Positions 25,508-34,177 of a DNA stretch of 64,000 nucleotides are shown here, piece by piece. Made by a program: the position numbers and the translations under genes. Numbering within the stretch: the stretch's first letter is position 1; every line of letters begins with the position of its first letter. The notes under the pieces are model-generated. The model was given only the letters and a program-made list of their open reading frames with translations. It had not been told where the DNA came from and did not search any database. The DNA is from an uncultured Ruminococcus sp. (GTDB lineage Bacteria; Bacillota; Clostridia; Oscillospirales; CAG-272): the NCBI GenBank assembly GCA_964630695.1, contig CAZVYZ010000003.1:2804-66803 (forward strand). The letters are read 5' to 3'.

Positions 25508-26474
25508 AAGGGTTGCGGCTCAAAATACTACCGCCGATACCGGTGTCACGCTCGCATCGTTCAATCCTCTCGGCAGTGCAACGTGGCGCAGCGTCATGCC
25601 TCTGCTCGTTACGATTGCCACGGTGGTTGCCATTGCGGTCCTCTCCAAAAAAGGCTTCAAGGGCGCGATTATGTGGAGCATTCTCGGCGGCACGGCAGTT
25701 TACTACCTGCTCAGCCTGACGATTTCCGATTTCAGTTACGGGTTCCTGACGGAAAACGCGATGAATCCTCTGACCGCGTTCAAGGAATTCGGCACGATGG
25801 CATTTGGCAAGGTCTTTACCGAGGGCTTTGATTTCTCGGGTTACCTCGGCATGGAGAGACACTCGGTCACGGGGCTTGTCATTGCATTCCTCACCACCGC
25901 GTTGGCGTTCTGCATGGTGGATATGTTTGACACAATGGGAACCCTTTGGGGTGCCTGCAAGGCAGGAAACCTGCTGACGCACAACGAAAAGGGCGAAGAA
26001 ACGGTCCCGAACATGGACCGTGCAATGCTCGCGGACGCGATTGCGACCTGCACGGGCGCGATTTGCGGAACCTCGACGGTCACCACTTTTGTGGAGTCCT
26101 CCTCGGGCGTCGCGGCAGGCGCACGGACCGGACTTTCCTCGATGTTTACGGCGGCGCTCTTCCTCATCGCGCTGTTCTTTGCTCCCGTTGCGGCGCTCAT
26201 TCCCGCTTGCGCATATGCGGCGGCGCTGATTTACGTCGGCATCCTCATGATGGGCGGCGTCCGCGACATCGATTGGCACAATCCGTCCGAAGCGCTCCCC
26301 GCTTTCCTGACCCTCGTCATGATGCCCTTTGCCTATAACATCTCTTACGGCATCGCGTTCGGTCTGATTTCCTATGTCCTTGTGAAACTCTTCACCGGAA
26401 AGGTGAAAGAAATCAACGTCGGCACTTGGATGATCACAGTCCTCTTTGCCGCGATGTTCTTCCCGACGCACTGA
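25479..26474 (+). pseudogene. NCS2 (AzgA/PbuG-type) purine permease lacking about the first 130 aa; possible pseudogene or truncated paralogue
   Basis: Strong family similarity from ...TGVTLASFNPLG to the end (FDTMGTL, TSTVTTFVESSSGVAAGARTGL, MMPFAYNISYGIAFG). The N-terminal TM1-4 region is missing. The first ATG (25596) has no SD. Confidence 0.55.
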
Positions 26475-26486
26475 TTCCGAAACAGC

Positions 26487-26539
26487 AAAACAGCCATCCG
26501 ACAGGAGACACTTTTTCCTGTTGGATGGCTGTTTTTTCA
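26487..26539 (+). terminator. Rho-independent terminator
   Basis: ~20-bp stem aaaacagccatccgacagga / tcctgttggatggctgtttt followed by ttttc. Confidence 0.65.
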
Positions 26540-26555
26540 TTTTTCCTCTAACCGC

Positions 26556-26584
26556 TTGCAAATTACGGGAATTTATTTTATAAT
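26556..26584 (+). promoter_or_regulatory. Sigma-A promoter for rhaA
   Basis: TTGCAA - 17 nt - TATAAT. Confidence 0.5.
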
Positions 26585-26632
26585 AAAGACAGAAACTATG
26601 ACCGAAAATCGATTTTTTGGGAGGATATGCAA

Positions 26633-27877
26633 ATGAACCGTTATGAATCGGCAAAAGAACGCTATGCGGCAATCGGTGTGGACACCGAGGCGGCTATCAA
26701 ACGCCTTTCCGACATTCGAATTTCCATGCACTGCTGGCAGGGCGACGACGTGCGTGGCTTTGAAAACGCAGGCGCGCTGACGGGAGGCATTCAGGCAACC
26801 GGCAACTACCCCGGTGCGGCTCGGACCCCTGAGGAACTGATGCAGGATTTGGATAAGGCATTTTCGCTGATTCCCGGGAAGCATCGCGTCAACGTCCACG
26901 CATTCTACGGCATCTACCCCGACGGCAAGCCCGTTGACCGCGACCAAATTCTGCCCGAACATTTCAAGCCGTGGGTAGACTACGCAAAAGCGCGCGGTCT
27001 GGGTCTGGACTTCAACCCCACCTATTTCTCGCACCCCTTGGCTGAGGGCGGCACACTGACCAACCCGAACGAGGAGATTCGCGCGTTCTGGATTCGTCAC
27101 GGTATCGCCTGCATCCGTGTGGCGGAGTATTTCGCCAACGAAACCGGCACCCCCTGCCTGATGAACATCTGGATTCCAGACGGCATGAAAGACGTTCCCG
27201 CCGACCGTCTCGGTCCGCGTATGCGCTACATGGACTCGCTTGACAAGATTCTCGGTTGCGGCTACGACAAAGAAAAGGTGCTTGTAACGCTGGAATCCAA
27301 GGTGTTTGGAATCGGTCTGGAATCCTACACTGCAGGCTCCGCCGAGTTCGCGCTTTCCTATGCAACCACGCGCGGCATCGTTCCGCTGATGGACAACGGA
27401 CACTATCACCCCACCGAGGTCGTGTCCGACAAAATTTCCGCTCTGCTCTGCTTCAATCCGCGTATCGCGCTGCACATCACGCGCGGCGTTCGTTGGGATT
27501 CCGACCACGTTGTGCGCTACGACGACGAAACGGTTGAAATGATGAAAGAAGTCGTTCGCAACGACGCGCTCGACCGCGTGATTCTCGCAACCGACTATTT
27601 CGACGCTTCCATCAACCGCATTGCGGCTTGGGTCATCGGAATGCGCTCGGTTCAGAAAGCACTGCTCACCGCGCTCCTGCTCCCGAACGAGAAACTGCGC
27701 GCAATGCAGGACAACCGCGATTTCACTGAGTTGATGATGCTTCAGGAAGAACTGAAGTTCTACCCCGTCGGCGACGTTTGGGCAGAGTTCTGCCGCCGCG
27801 CCGGCGTTGACGGCTCCGAATCCTGGTTCTCCTCCGTCAAAACCTACGAAACCGAGGTTCTTTCCAAGAGAGCATAA
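26633..27877 (+). CDS. rhaA: L-rhamnose isomerase
   Basis: N-terminus YESAKERYAAIGVD...ISMHCWQGDDVRGFE is typical of RhaA, at ~415 aa. The ATG at 26633 has 8-nt SD spacing; the track start is 26627. Confidence 0.9.
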   Translation: MNRYESAKERYAAIGVDTEAAIKRLSDIRISMHCWQGDDVRGFENAGALTGGIQATGNYPGAARTPEELMQDLDKAFSLIPGKHRVNVHAFYGIYPDGKPVDRDQILPEHFKPWVDYAKARGLGLDFNPTYFSHPLAEGGTLTNPNEEIRAFWIRHGIACIRVAEYFANETGTPCLMNIWIPDGMKDVPADRLGPRMRYMDSLDKILGCGYDKEKVLVTLESKVFGIGLESYTAGSAEFALSYATTRGIVPLMDNGHYHPTEVVSDKISALLCFNPRIALHITRGVRWDSDHVVRYDDETVEMMKEVVRNDALDRVILATDYFDASINRIAAWVIGMRSVQKALLTALLLPNEKLRAMQDNRDFTELMMLQEELKFYPVGDVWAEFCRRAGVDGSESWFSSVKTYETEVLSKRA

Positions 27878-27918
27878 AGTCTGAAAGATAAGGTCGCAGG
27901 GCGTTGCCCCGCACCCCA

Positions 27919-27950
27919 CTTAGGAAACTTCTTAAAAGAAGTTTCCTAAG
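27919..27950. repeat. Perfect 15-bp-arm palindrome
   Basis: cttaggaaacttctt-aa-aagaagtttcctaag. Confidence 0.7.
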
Positions 27951-27962
27951 AACCTTCAAGAA

Positions 27963-28016
27963 TTTCACCACAGGGCGGGATTCCGTAGGGAATCCCGCCC
28001 TGTGGTGAAAGTTTTT
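27963..28016 (+). terminator. Probable rhaA terminator (22-bp perfect stem)
   Basis: tttcaccacagggcgggattcc-gtag-ggaatcccgccctgtggtgaaa followed by gttttt. Confidence 0.6.
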
Positions 28017-28024
28017 GGGGATTT

Positions 28025-28195
28025 TTAAGGCATTACCGCGTAATTCCGATGGTGGAATTGCGCAGTCGGATTTTTCGTCAGACAATACAAAAATTCGCAG
28101 GCTGTAGCAGCGCTACTGGCAAGAATTTTTGTGAAGTATGACGGAAAAGACGCAAGCAAGTGCGCCATGCGCGGATTGCGCGGTAATGCCTTAAG
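28025..28195. mobile_element. MITE-like element, family A (171 bp, long form)
   Basis: Terminal inverted repeats ttaaggcattaccgcg... / ...cgcggtaatgccttaag. Its ends and its core (atttttgtgaagtatgacgg.aaag.cgc.agc.agtgcgcc) are shared with the 37326-37440 copy. No coding capacity. Confidence 0.6.
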
Positions 28196-28220
28196 GGACT
28201 TTTTCCAAAAAGTCCCTTAA
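28191..28220. repeat. Perfect 14-bp-arm palindrome
   Basis: ttaagggacttttt-cc-aaaaagtcccttaa. Shares ttaag with the family-A right end. Confidence 0.65.
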
Positions 28221-28253
28221 ATAGGGTGTGGGGCAACGCCCCACGACCTCTAC

Positions 28254-29291
28254 TCACCTCCCTTTCCGCATCGACAGCATCAGAATGCGCTCACAGAGGT
28301 CGGGATAGGAGATGCCGACCGCGGCGGCTTCCTGCGGGAGCAGACTGGTCGGGGTCATGCCCGGGAGTGCGTTTGCTTCCAGACACCACGGCGTGCCGTT
28401 TGCGTCCAGAATGAAATCGAAGCGCGCGTAACCGTCAAGCCGCAGGACCTCAAAGGCGCGCAGAGAGAGAGACGAGACGCGGGACGTGACCTCGGCGGGA
28501 AGTTCGGCGGGGCAAATTTCAAGCGTTGTCCCCTGGTACTTGTTTTTGTAATCGTAAAATCCGCTTTTCGGGATAATCTCAACAGGCGGGAGTGCGCGAC
28601 CGTCCAGAACACCGACCGTCAACTCGCGCCCCACAATTTTTTTCTCCACCAGAACACGCCGCCCCCACTTTGCCGCATCGGACAGCGCCGCTTCCAGTGC
28701 CGCACGGTCGGAAACAATCGAAACACCGACGCTTGAACCGCAGTCGTTCGGTTTCACCACGCAGGGCAAGCCAATCTGCGCAATCAGGTCATCCGGATTC
28801 CCGTCCGCCGTGTCGTACCAGACCCATTCCGGCGTGGGAATGCCTGCGTCGCGGAACAGCCGTTTGGAAAGTTCCTTGTCCATGGCAAGCAGACAGCCCG
28901 CGTAGCCGGAACCGGTATAGCCGATGCCGCAACTGTCCAGATATGCCTGAAGTTGACCGTTCTCCCCCATCGCACCATGAAGCGCAAGAAATACGCGGTC
29001 GGCGCATTGGCAAACGCGCGCAACATTCGGTCCCACCAACGCGTTGCCGACGCCCACTTCGCGGCGGAGCGCCTCCAAATCGGGGACCTGCTCGGTCACG
29101 GTGTGTATGTAGCGCTCCTCCCCGCGAAACAGGCTGTCAATATCCTCGGGCAGGTCGCGTATCCCGCGATAGACGTCCAGAAGCAGGACACGATGTCCCT
29201 TTTCCATCAACGCATTGGCAATCAGGCTTCCCGAACTGAGCGACACCTCGCGCTCGGGCGAAAGTCCCCCTGCAAGAACTGCAATTTTCAT
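28254..29291 (-). CDS. ddl: D-alanine--D-alanine ligase
   Basis: MKIAVLAGGLSPEREVS start with a GGGAG SD; ATP-grasp motifs; C-terminal EANALPGMT. The track start at 29312 adds 7 aa. Confidence 0.9.
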   Translation of the reverse strand: MKIAVLAGGLSPEREVSLSSGSLIANALMEKGHRVLLLDVYRGIRDLPEDIDSLFRGEERYIHTVTEQVPDLEALRREVGVGNALVGPNVARVCQCADRVFLALHGAMGENGQLQAYLDSCGIGYTGSGYAGCLLAMDKELSKRLFRDAGIPTPEWVWYDTADGNPDDLIAQIGLPCVVKPNDCGSSVGVSIVSDRAALEAALSDAAKWGRRVLVEKKIVGRELTVGVLDGRALPPVEIIPKSGFYDYKNKYQGTTLEICPAELPAEVTSRVSSLSLRAFEVLRLDGYARFDFILDANGTPWCLEANALPGMTPTSLLPQEAAAVGISYPDLCERILMLSMRKGR

Positions 29292-29327
29292 ATGTTCACT
29301 CCCGTATTTCAACAGACTGTTACTATA

Positions 29328-30149
29328 TTATGCGCCGCGCGTCAGAATGGCAACACGGTCCCGACCGCCGAGGTCCCGCTTCACTTCACATGCAAAGCCG
29401 CGCGCTGCGGCAAGCGAACGGATTGCCTCGCCTTGGTCATATCCAATCTCGAACAGGCAAAAGCCGCCGTCGGTCAGACATGCTCCCGCAAACCGCAACA
29501 GCGCGCGGTAAAAGACCAGACCGTCCGCGCCGCCGTCCAGTGCCATGCGCGGTTCATGCCGTACCTCTGCCGACAGCGTGTCCACCACTTCCGAGCGGAT
29601 ATAGGGCGGATTGGAAAGAATCGCATCAAAGCGCCCGAGCGTCTCGGGGGCGGCGGTCAAAAGGTCTGCGCGAAGCAGACGGAAACGGTCGGAAACGCCG
29701 TTCCGCACCGCGTTCTCGGCGGCAATATCCAGAGCGCCCTGCGAGAGATCCACACCGATGGCGCGGGTATCGGGGCGTTCTGCCAGTGTGGCAATGCCGA
29801 TACAGCCGCTTCCCGTACAGAAGTCGGCAAAGTACGCTCCGCGTGGCAGGCGGCGGATTGCTTCCTCCACCAGAACCTCGGTGTCGGCGCGCGGAATGAG
29901 ACAATCGGGGGCAACGCGAAAGGTCCCGCGGTAAAAACTCCATGTCCCGAGGATGTACTGAAGCGGCTCGCGGTCAAGCCGCCGCGCAAGCGCAGACTCC
30001 AGGGCTTGGGACGGATAGTCGCGGTCCGGTTCGGACAGAAGCGCGAAACGGTCCGCGCCGCAAAGGTCCTCCATCAGGCATTCCGCCTCGAATTCCGCCG
30101 CTTCCACGCCGCCCGCCGACAGTCGCCCGCACAGTTCCCGATAGGTCAC
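29328..30149 (-). CDS. prmC: Release-factor glutamine N5-methyltransferase PrmC (HemK)
   Basis: Motif I DFCTGSGCIG and the catalytic NPPY (ILSNPPYI). Confidence 0.85.
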   Translation of the reverse strand: MTYRELCGRLSAGGVEAAEFEAECLMEDLCGADRFALLSEPDRDYPSQALESALARRLDREPLQYILGTWSFYRGTFRVAPDCLIPRADTEVLVEEAIRRLPRGAYFADFCTGSGCIGIATLAERPDTRAIGVDLSQGALDIAAENAVRNGVSDRFRLLRADLLTAAPETLGRFDAILSNPPYIRSEVVDTLSAEVRHEPRMALDGGADGLVFYRALLRFAGACLTDGGFCLFEIGYDQGEAIRSLAAARGFACEVKRDLGGRDRVAILTRGA

Positions 30150-30236
30150 AATATCACCCCGCTTTCCGATTTCCTTTATTTTATCACATTTTCCCGAAAA
30201 AAAAAAGGCTTTTTCCGATTTTTTTCGGAAAAGGAC

Positions 30237-30265
30237 TTGCTTTTTTTACGCCGGTATGGTATAAT
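30237..30265 (+). promoter_or_regulatory. Sigma-A promoter
   Basis: TTGCTT - 17 nt - TATAAT with extended -10 TGG. Confidence 0.5.
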
Positions 30266-30306
30266 ACCCTTAAGAATGATTCCGCACATCGGTTTCAAAC
30301 GGAGGA

Positions 30307-30588
30307 TTGAAAATGAAGAAGCAACAGGAAGTTATGGTCGTGAGACGGAGCCACTCCGGTTGGTGGACGCTCATCAAAGCACTGCTCATCCTTGCGGGGT
30401 TGGTTTTCATTGCCGTAAAGTTGTATGATAAATTTGTGGCGAAGAAGCAAAAGCAGGCGGAACTGCCAAAAGACGAGGATGCCGACGGGACCGTCTCGGA
30501 AGCAACCGGGAACGCCGCCGAGGAAGAAAGCGCGGGATTATCCGCATCCGCCTCGGACGTGATTACCAATCCCGAGAATATGGACTGA
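30307..30588 (+). CDS. Small single-pass membrane protein with acidic tail
   Basis: 93 aa. TM WWTLIKALLILAGLVFIAV. GGAGG SD 7 nt before the ATG. Confidence 0.5.
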   Translation: MKMKKQQEVMVVRRSHSGWWTLIKALLILAGLVFIAVKLYDKFVAKKQKQAELPKDEDADGTVSEATGNAAEEESAGLSASASDVITNPENMD

Positions 30589-30678
30589 CCCGACACGCGT
30601 AACCGTTACGCTTTGACCGGAGGGAGAATGCCGCGGCGTTTTCTCTCCGGTTTCTTCATGAAAGAGAGGAACTGAAAA

Positions 30679-31059
30679 ATGGCTAAATACAGACGCGACC
30701 GCATCAACGACGAGATGCGGCGGGAAATGATGGAAATATTGCGACGGGTCAAGGACCCGCGTGTACAGGACGCGTTCGTCAGCGTAACTGCGGTCGACTG
30801 TACAGCAGACCTGAAATACGCCAAAATCTATTACTCTGCCCTACGCGGGGATGAAAAGGAACTGGCAAAAGGTCTGAAAGCGGCGGCAGGTTTCATCCGT
30901 CGCGAACTGGCGGCGGGACTGAACCTGCGCATCACGCCCGAACTGACCTTTGTGCGGGACAATTCCATCACCTACGGCGCGCACATTTCGTCGATTCTGA
31001 ACACCTTGGACATCTCGGACGAAGAGGAACCGACCGAGGACGGTGACAACGATGCCTGA
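30679..31059 (+). CDS. rbfA: Ribosome-binding factor A
   Basis: RINDEMRREMMEILRR-VKDPRV...VSVTAVDCTADLKYAKIYY is typical of RbfA. Confidence 0.9.
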   Translation: MAKYRRDRINDEMRREMMEILRRVKDPRVQDAFVSVTAVDCTADLKYAKIYYSALRGDEKELAKGLKAAAGFIRRELAAGLNLRITPELTFVRDNSITYGAHISSILNTLDISDEEEPTEDGDNDA

Positions 31060-32065
31060 GCGGTGTTTTTCCCCCATCGCGTTTGACGCACTCTGCGGGA
31101 TGCTGACCGAGCCGGGGCAGAGGGACACGCTCCTGCTTCTGCACCGCAACCCCGACGGCGACGCGGTAGGGTCGGCATTTGCCCTCCGAGAGTTGCTGGC
31201 TTCTCTCGGCAGTCGCGCGTGGTGCATATGCGAGAGCGAAATTCCAGAGCGCCTGCGCTTTCTTTCCGCCCCCGCGCAAAAAAGCGTTCTGCCCGTCTCG
31301 ATTCCTGCGGACTTTTCCGACGTGCGGGTCGTTTCGGTGGACGTCGCCTCCCCTGCCCAACTCGGCGCTCTGCGGGAGCGTTTTGAAGCACGGACCGACC
31401 TGATGATTGACCATCACGGAACCGGAACACCGTTTGCCGATTTCTATATCGACCCACATGCGGCGGCAACAGGTGAGATCGTTTTTGACCTGATTCACCG
31501 TTTGGAGAAAGAGAATCGCACGCGATTGACCCCGCGCATGGCGAAGTTGCTCTATGCCGCCATCAGCAGTGACACGGGGTGCTTCCGGTATTCCAACGTC
31601 ACGCCGGACACGCACCGCCGCGCGGCGGAACTGGTTGCAACCGGCATCGACTGCGCGGACATCAACCACCGTTTGTTCGACTCCAAACCGCTCGGACTGC
31701 TCCGTGCCGAAGCAATGGGCGTGGAACACCTGCGCGTCAGCCACGGCGGGCGGGTCGCGCTGATTGCGGTTTCCCATGCGGAACGCATCGCGGCGGGACT
31801 GGAGGACTGCGACCTTGAAACCTTGGTTGACGTGGCGCGTTCGTTGGAGGGTGTGGAAGTGGCGATCTCCCTGCGACAGCCAACCGAGGAGGGCATTTTC
31901 CGCGCGTCGGTTCGTTCGTCCGGTTCCTACAACGTCGCAAACCTTTGCGCACAATTCGGCGGAGGCGGTCACGAAAAAGCAGCGGGTTGTACGGTCTACG
32001 CCCCCGACATCGACAGCGCGGCGGAAATGCTCATCGGTACAATCGATTTTTCTGCGAAAAAATGA
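31043..32065 (+). CDS. nrnA: DHH-family phosphoesterase NrnA (oligoribonuclease / pAp phosphatase)
   Basis: Motifs HRNPDGDAVGS, DHHGTG and the DHHA1 GGGHEKAAG. Confidence 0.8.
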   Translation: MTTMPERCFSPIAFDALCGMLTEPGQRDTLLLLHRNPDGDAVGSAFALRELLASLGSRAWCICESEIPERLRFLSAPAQKSVLPVSIPADFSDVRVVSVDVASPAQLGALRERFEARTDLMIDHHGTGTPFADFYIDPHAAATGEIVFDLIHRLEKENRTRLTPRMAKLLYAAISSDTGCFRYSNVTPDTHRRAAELVATGIDCADINHRLFDSKPLGLLRAEAMGVEHLRVSHGGRVALIAVSHAERIAAGLEDCDLETLVDVARSLEGVEVAISLRQPTEEGIFRASVRSSGSYNVANLCAQFGGGGHEKAAGCTVYAPDIDSAAEMLIGTIDFSAKK

Positions 32066-32126
32066 ATAAAGACCTCCCAAACGGTCCATGATGGTATCAT
32101 CAAAAACATATGGGAGGTCTGTTTTT

Positions 32127-32735
32127 ATGCAGAAAAGAGTGATTGTGGTCGTGTTGGTGCTAATGGCAGTCCTGCTTGTGGTCGGGTTGTTCCCCGTCCA
32201 CGGCGAGGCAAAAATCTATGACAGCGTGGTCCGCCTCCACGTTCTGGCAAATTCTGACAGCGAGGAGGACCAAGCGCGGAAACTGAAAGTGCGGGACGCG
32301 ATTCTGACGGTCACTGCGCCGCTCCTTGAGGACTGCCCCGACCGCGACACGGCGGAAGCGCTTTTGCGGGAGCATGAAGCCGACGTTCTTGCCGCCGCGC
32401 ACGGGGCGCTGATTTCGGACGGACGGGACGAAGAAGTGACAATCCTTTTCGGCACGGAAAGTTATCCCGAGCGCACATACGACAGTTTCTGTTTTCCCGC
32501 GGGGGACTATCTCTCCATGCGCGTCTGCATCGGCGAGGCGGCGGGAAAGAACTGGTGGTGCTGTCTCTATCCCCCGCTTTGCCTCGGCGCGGCAAGCGTT
32601 TCGCGCGACAAAGCAGAGGAGGAATTCATTTCGGTCGGGCTGACACCCTCGCAATACCGCGTCATCACCGAAACCAATCGCCCCGTCTACCGCGCGCGTT
32701 TCAAACTGCTCGAACTGTTCGGCAAGCGGCGGTGA
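32127..32735 (+). CDS. spoIIR: Stage II sporulation protein R
   Basis: Signal anchor, then VRLHVLANSDSEEDQ and WWCCLYPPLC, which are hallmarks of SpoIIR. The ATG at 32127 follows GGGAGG. Confidence 0.8.
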   Translation: MQKRVIVVVLVLMAVLLVVGLFPVHGEAKIYDSVVRLHVLANSDSEEDQARKLKVRDAILTVTAPLLEDCPDRDTAEALLREHEADVLAAAHGALISDGRDEEVTILFGTESYPERTYDSFCFPAGDYLSMRVCIGEAAGKNWWCCLYPPLCLGAASVSRDKAEEEFISVGLTPSQYRVITETNRPVYRARFKLLELFGKRR

Positions 32736-32766
32736 CGGTCGAAGCCGAAAAAATTGCCGATTTTGC

Positions 32767-32795
32767 TTGACAACCCGCGCTGATTGGTGTATAAT
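32767..32795 (+). promoter_or_regulatory. Perfect sigma-A promoter of rnpB
   Basis: TTGACA - 17 nt - TATAAT. Confidence 0.6.
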
Positions 32796-32798
32796 AAA

Positions 32799-33153
32799 GG
32801 TGGCTTCGTTGAACGGTCGCGCGGTATGTTGCCGTAAGGTATTACCGTGAGGAAAGTCCGGGCTTCACAGGACAGGATAGCTGATAACGTCAGCCGCGGG
32901 TAACCGCCGGGAAAGTGCAACAGAAAGAAACCGCCGCGTTTTGCGGTAAGGATGGAAAGGCGAGGTAAAAGCTCACCCGTTCTCATGGTAACATGAGTCC
33001 GCTGTAAACCCTATCCGAAGCAACACCCCAAGGACGGCTGGTCCGGCATATCGTCAGAGGTGGCACGAAAGCACTGCTTTCGGAGCGTTCCGGCGACGGA
33101 ACGCGGAGATTGATGACCGTTCCCGACAGAACCCGGCTTACAGATGAAGCCAC
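32799..33153 (+). ncRNA. rnpB: RNase P RNA (bacterial, type-A-like)
   Basis: Universal GAGGAAAGTCCGGGC (P4 5' strand), AGTGCAACAGAAAG, and 3' ACAGAACCCGGCTTA. P1 pairs ggtggcttc (32799-32807) with gaagccacc (33145-33153). Confidence 0.85.
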
Positions 33154-33175
33154 CCCCGCCGCGCGGGGGATTTTT
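33153..33175 (+). terminator. rnpB terminator
   Basis: cccccgc-cgc-gcggggg followed by attttt. Confidence 0.5.
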
Positions 33176-33194
33176 CATAGAAAGGTACAAACCC

Positions 33195-33896
33195 ATGAAA
33201 ACACGCCTGCTTTGCGGACTGCTCCTCGCAGCCGCGCTCCTCTGCTCGCTCTCCTCCTGCGCCAAAAAAGAGTTGCTGTATTCGGTTGAGGACGGAGACC
33301 GTACCGTTGAAATTCTCGGCGGCTCCCGCGCGTCTTACATCTCGGTAAAACAGGACGGCAAGGAAATCTGGCAGACCCGCGTCTACTCTGACCGCACCGT
33401 CGGAAAGAGGAACGGGACCTACGGCTTCCGCCTCATGGACCTCAATTTTGACGGCAGAAACGACTTGGTGATTGCCATTACGGCAGACGGCGACGAGGTC
33501 ACCGAGCAGGTCTTTTTGCAAACCGCGGACGGCTCCTATCGGGCAAGCAGTGCATTTGACGGCAAGCACACACTCGCCGTTGACGCCCGGCAGGAGTTGG
33601 TATTCGGCTTCACCCACACGGAAGAAACGATTCGCGATGCGGAAACGGGTGCAACTGCTCGGGTCACCACCGACCGCGCAACCGCCTATTCATGGCAGGG
33701 CGGCGGACTGGAACCGCGTCGCTATGTCTCTCTGACCTACTACAGCGCGAACGAGCAAAGCCGCCGCTACCGCTACTCGGTTGCAGATTTTGACGAAACC
33801 GTTGGCGCATTTGAATCTCCCTATGACCGTTGGATGTCAGAAACGGAATACGAGCAAGCCGATTTTGAAGGACTGTATTACTTCCGGAACAACTGA
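33195..33896 (+). CDS. Putative lipoprotein, function unknown
   Basis: MKTRLLCGLLLAAALLCSLSSC signal peptide with a lipobox. The track start at 33144 would overlap rnpB and its terminator. Confidence 0.6.
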   Translation: MKTRLLCGLLLAAALLCSLSSCAKKELLYSVEDGDRTVEILGGSRASYISVKQDGKEIWQTRVYSDRTVGKRNGTYGFRLMDLNFDGRNDLVIAITADGDEVTEQVFLQTADGSYRASSAFDGKHTLAVDARQELVFGFTHTEETIRDAETGATARVTTDRATAYSWQGGGLEPRRYVSLTYYSANEQSRRYRYSVADFDETVGAFESPYDRWMSETEYEQADFEGLYYFRNN

Positions 33897-34140
33897 TGCC
33901 AACCGGACATGGTCAAAGAAAAAGCGTTAAAGGAGTTACAGCCCCGAAAAAAGCACAAAATTCTTTTCCGCCTTTTCTTTGCACGAAGGAGGCGCAAAGA
34001 GAAAGGCACACTTTGCTGCGCAAAGCTGCGAAAAGAAACGCCGTAAAAGAAGGAATTTCGCCGCCTGCGGGCAGCGACAAGGGCTTCGCGCCCTTGACCG
34101 CGCCGCCTTTTGAAAAAGGCGGGCGAAAACTTCCCCCACA

Positions 34141-34177
34141 AAGAACGCCCTGCCGCACTGCGGCAGGGCGTTCTTTT
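34141..34177. terminator. Terminator hairpin shared by convergent genes
   Basis: 16-bp perfect stem aagaacgccctgccgc / gcggcagggcgttctt with loop act. A T-tract follows on the plus side. Abuts the pflB stop. Confidence 0.6.

Larger units (their letters stand above)
27891..28249. repeat. Composite palindromic intergenic block bounded by 27-nt imperfect inverted repeats
   Basis: Outer arms are aggtcgcagggcgttgccccgcacccc (27891-27917) and agggtgtggggcaacgccccacgacct (28223-28249), 23/27 complementary. They enclose three perfect hairpins and a MITE-like element. Confidence 0.6.

Noticed and set aside
25368-27919. 434-aa and 448-aa minus-strand ORFs
   Set aside because: Antisense to the NCS2 permease and to rhaA. 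No motifs. Artefacts of G+C-rich third positions.
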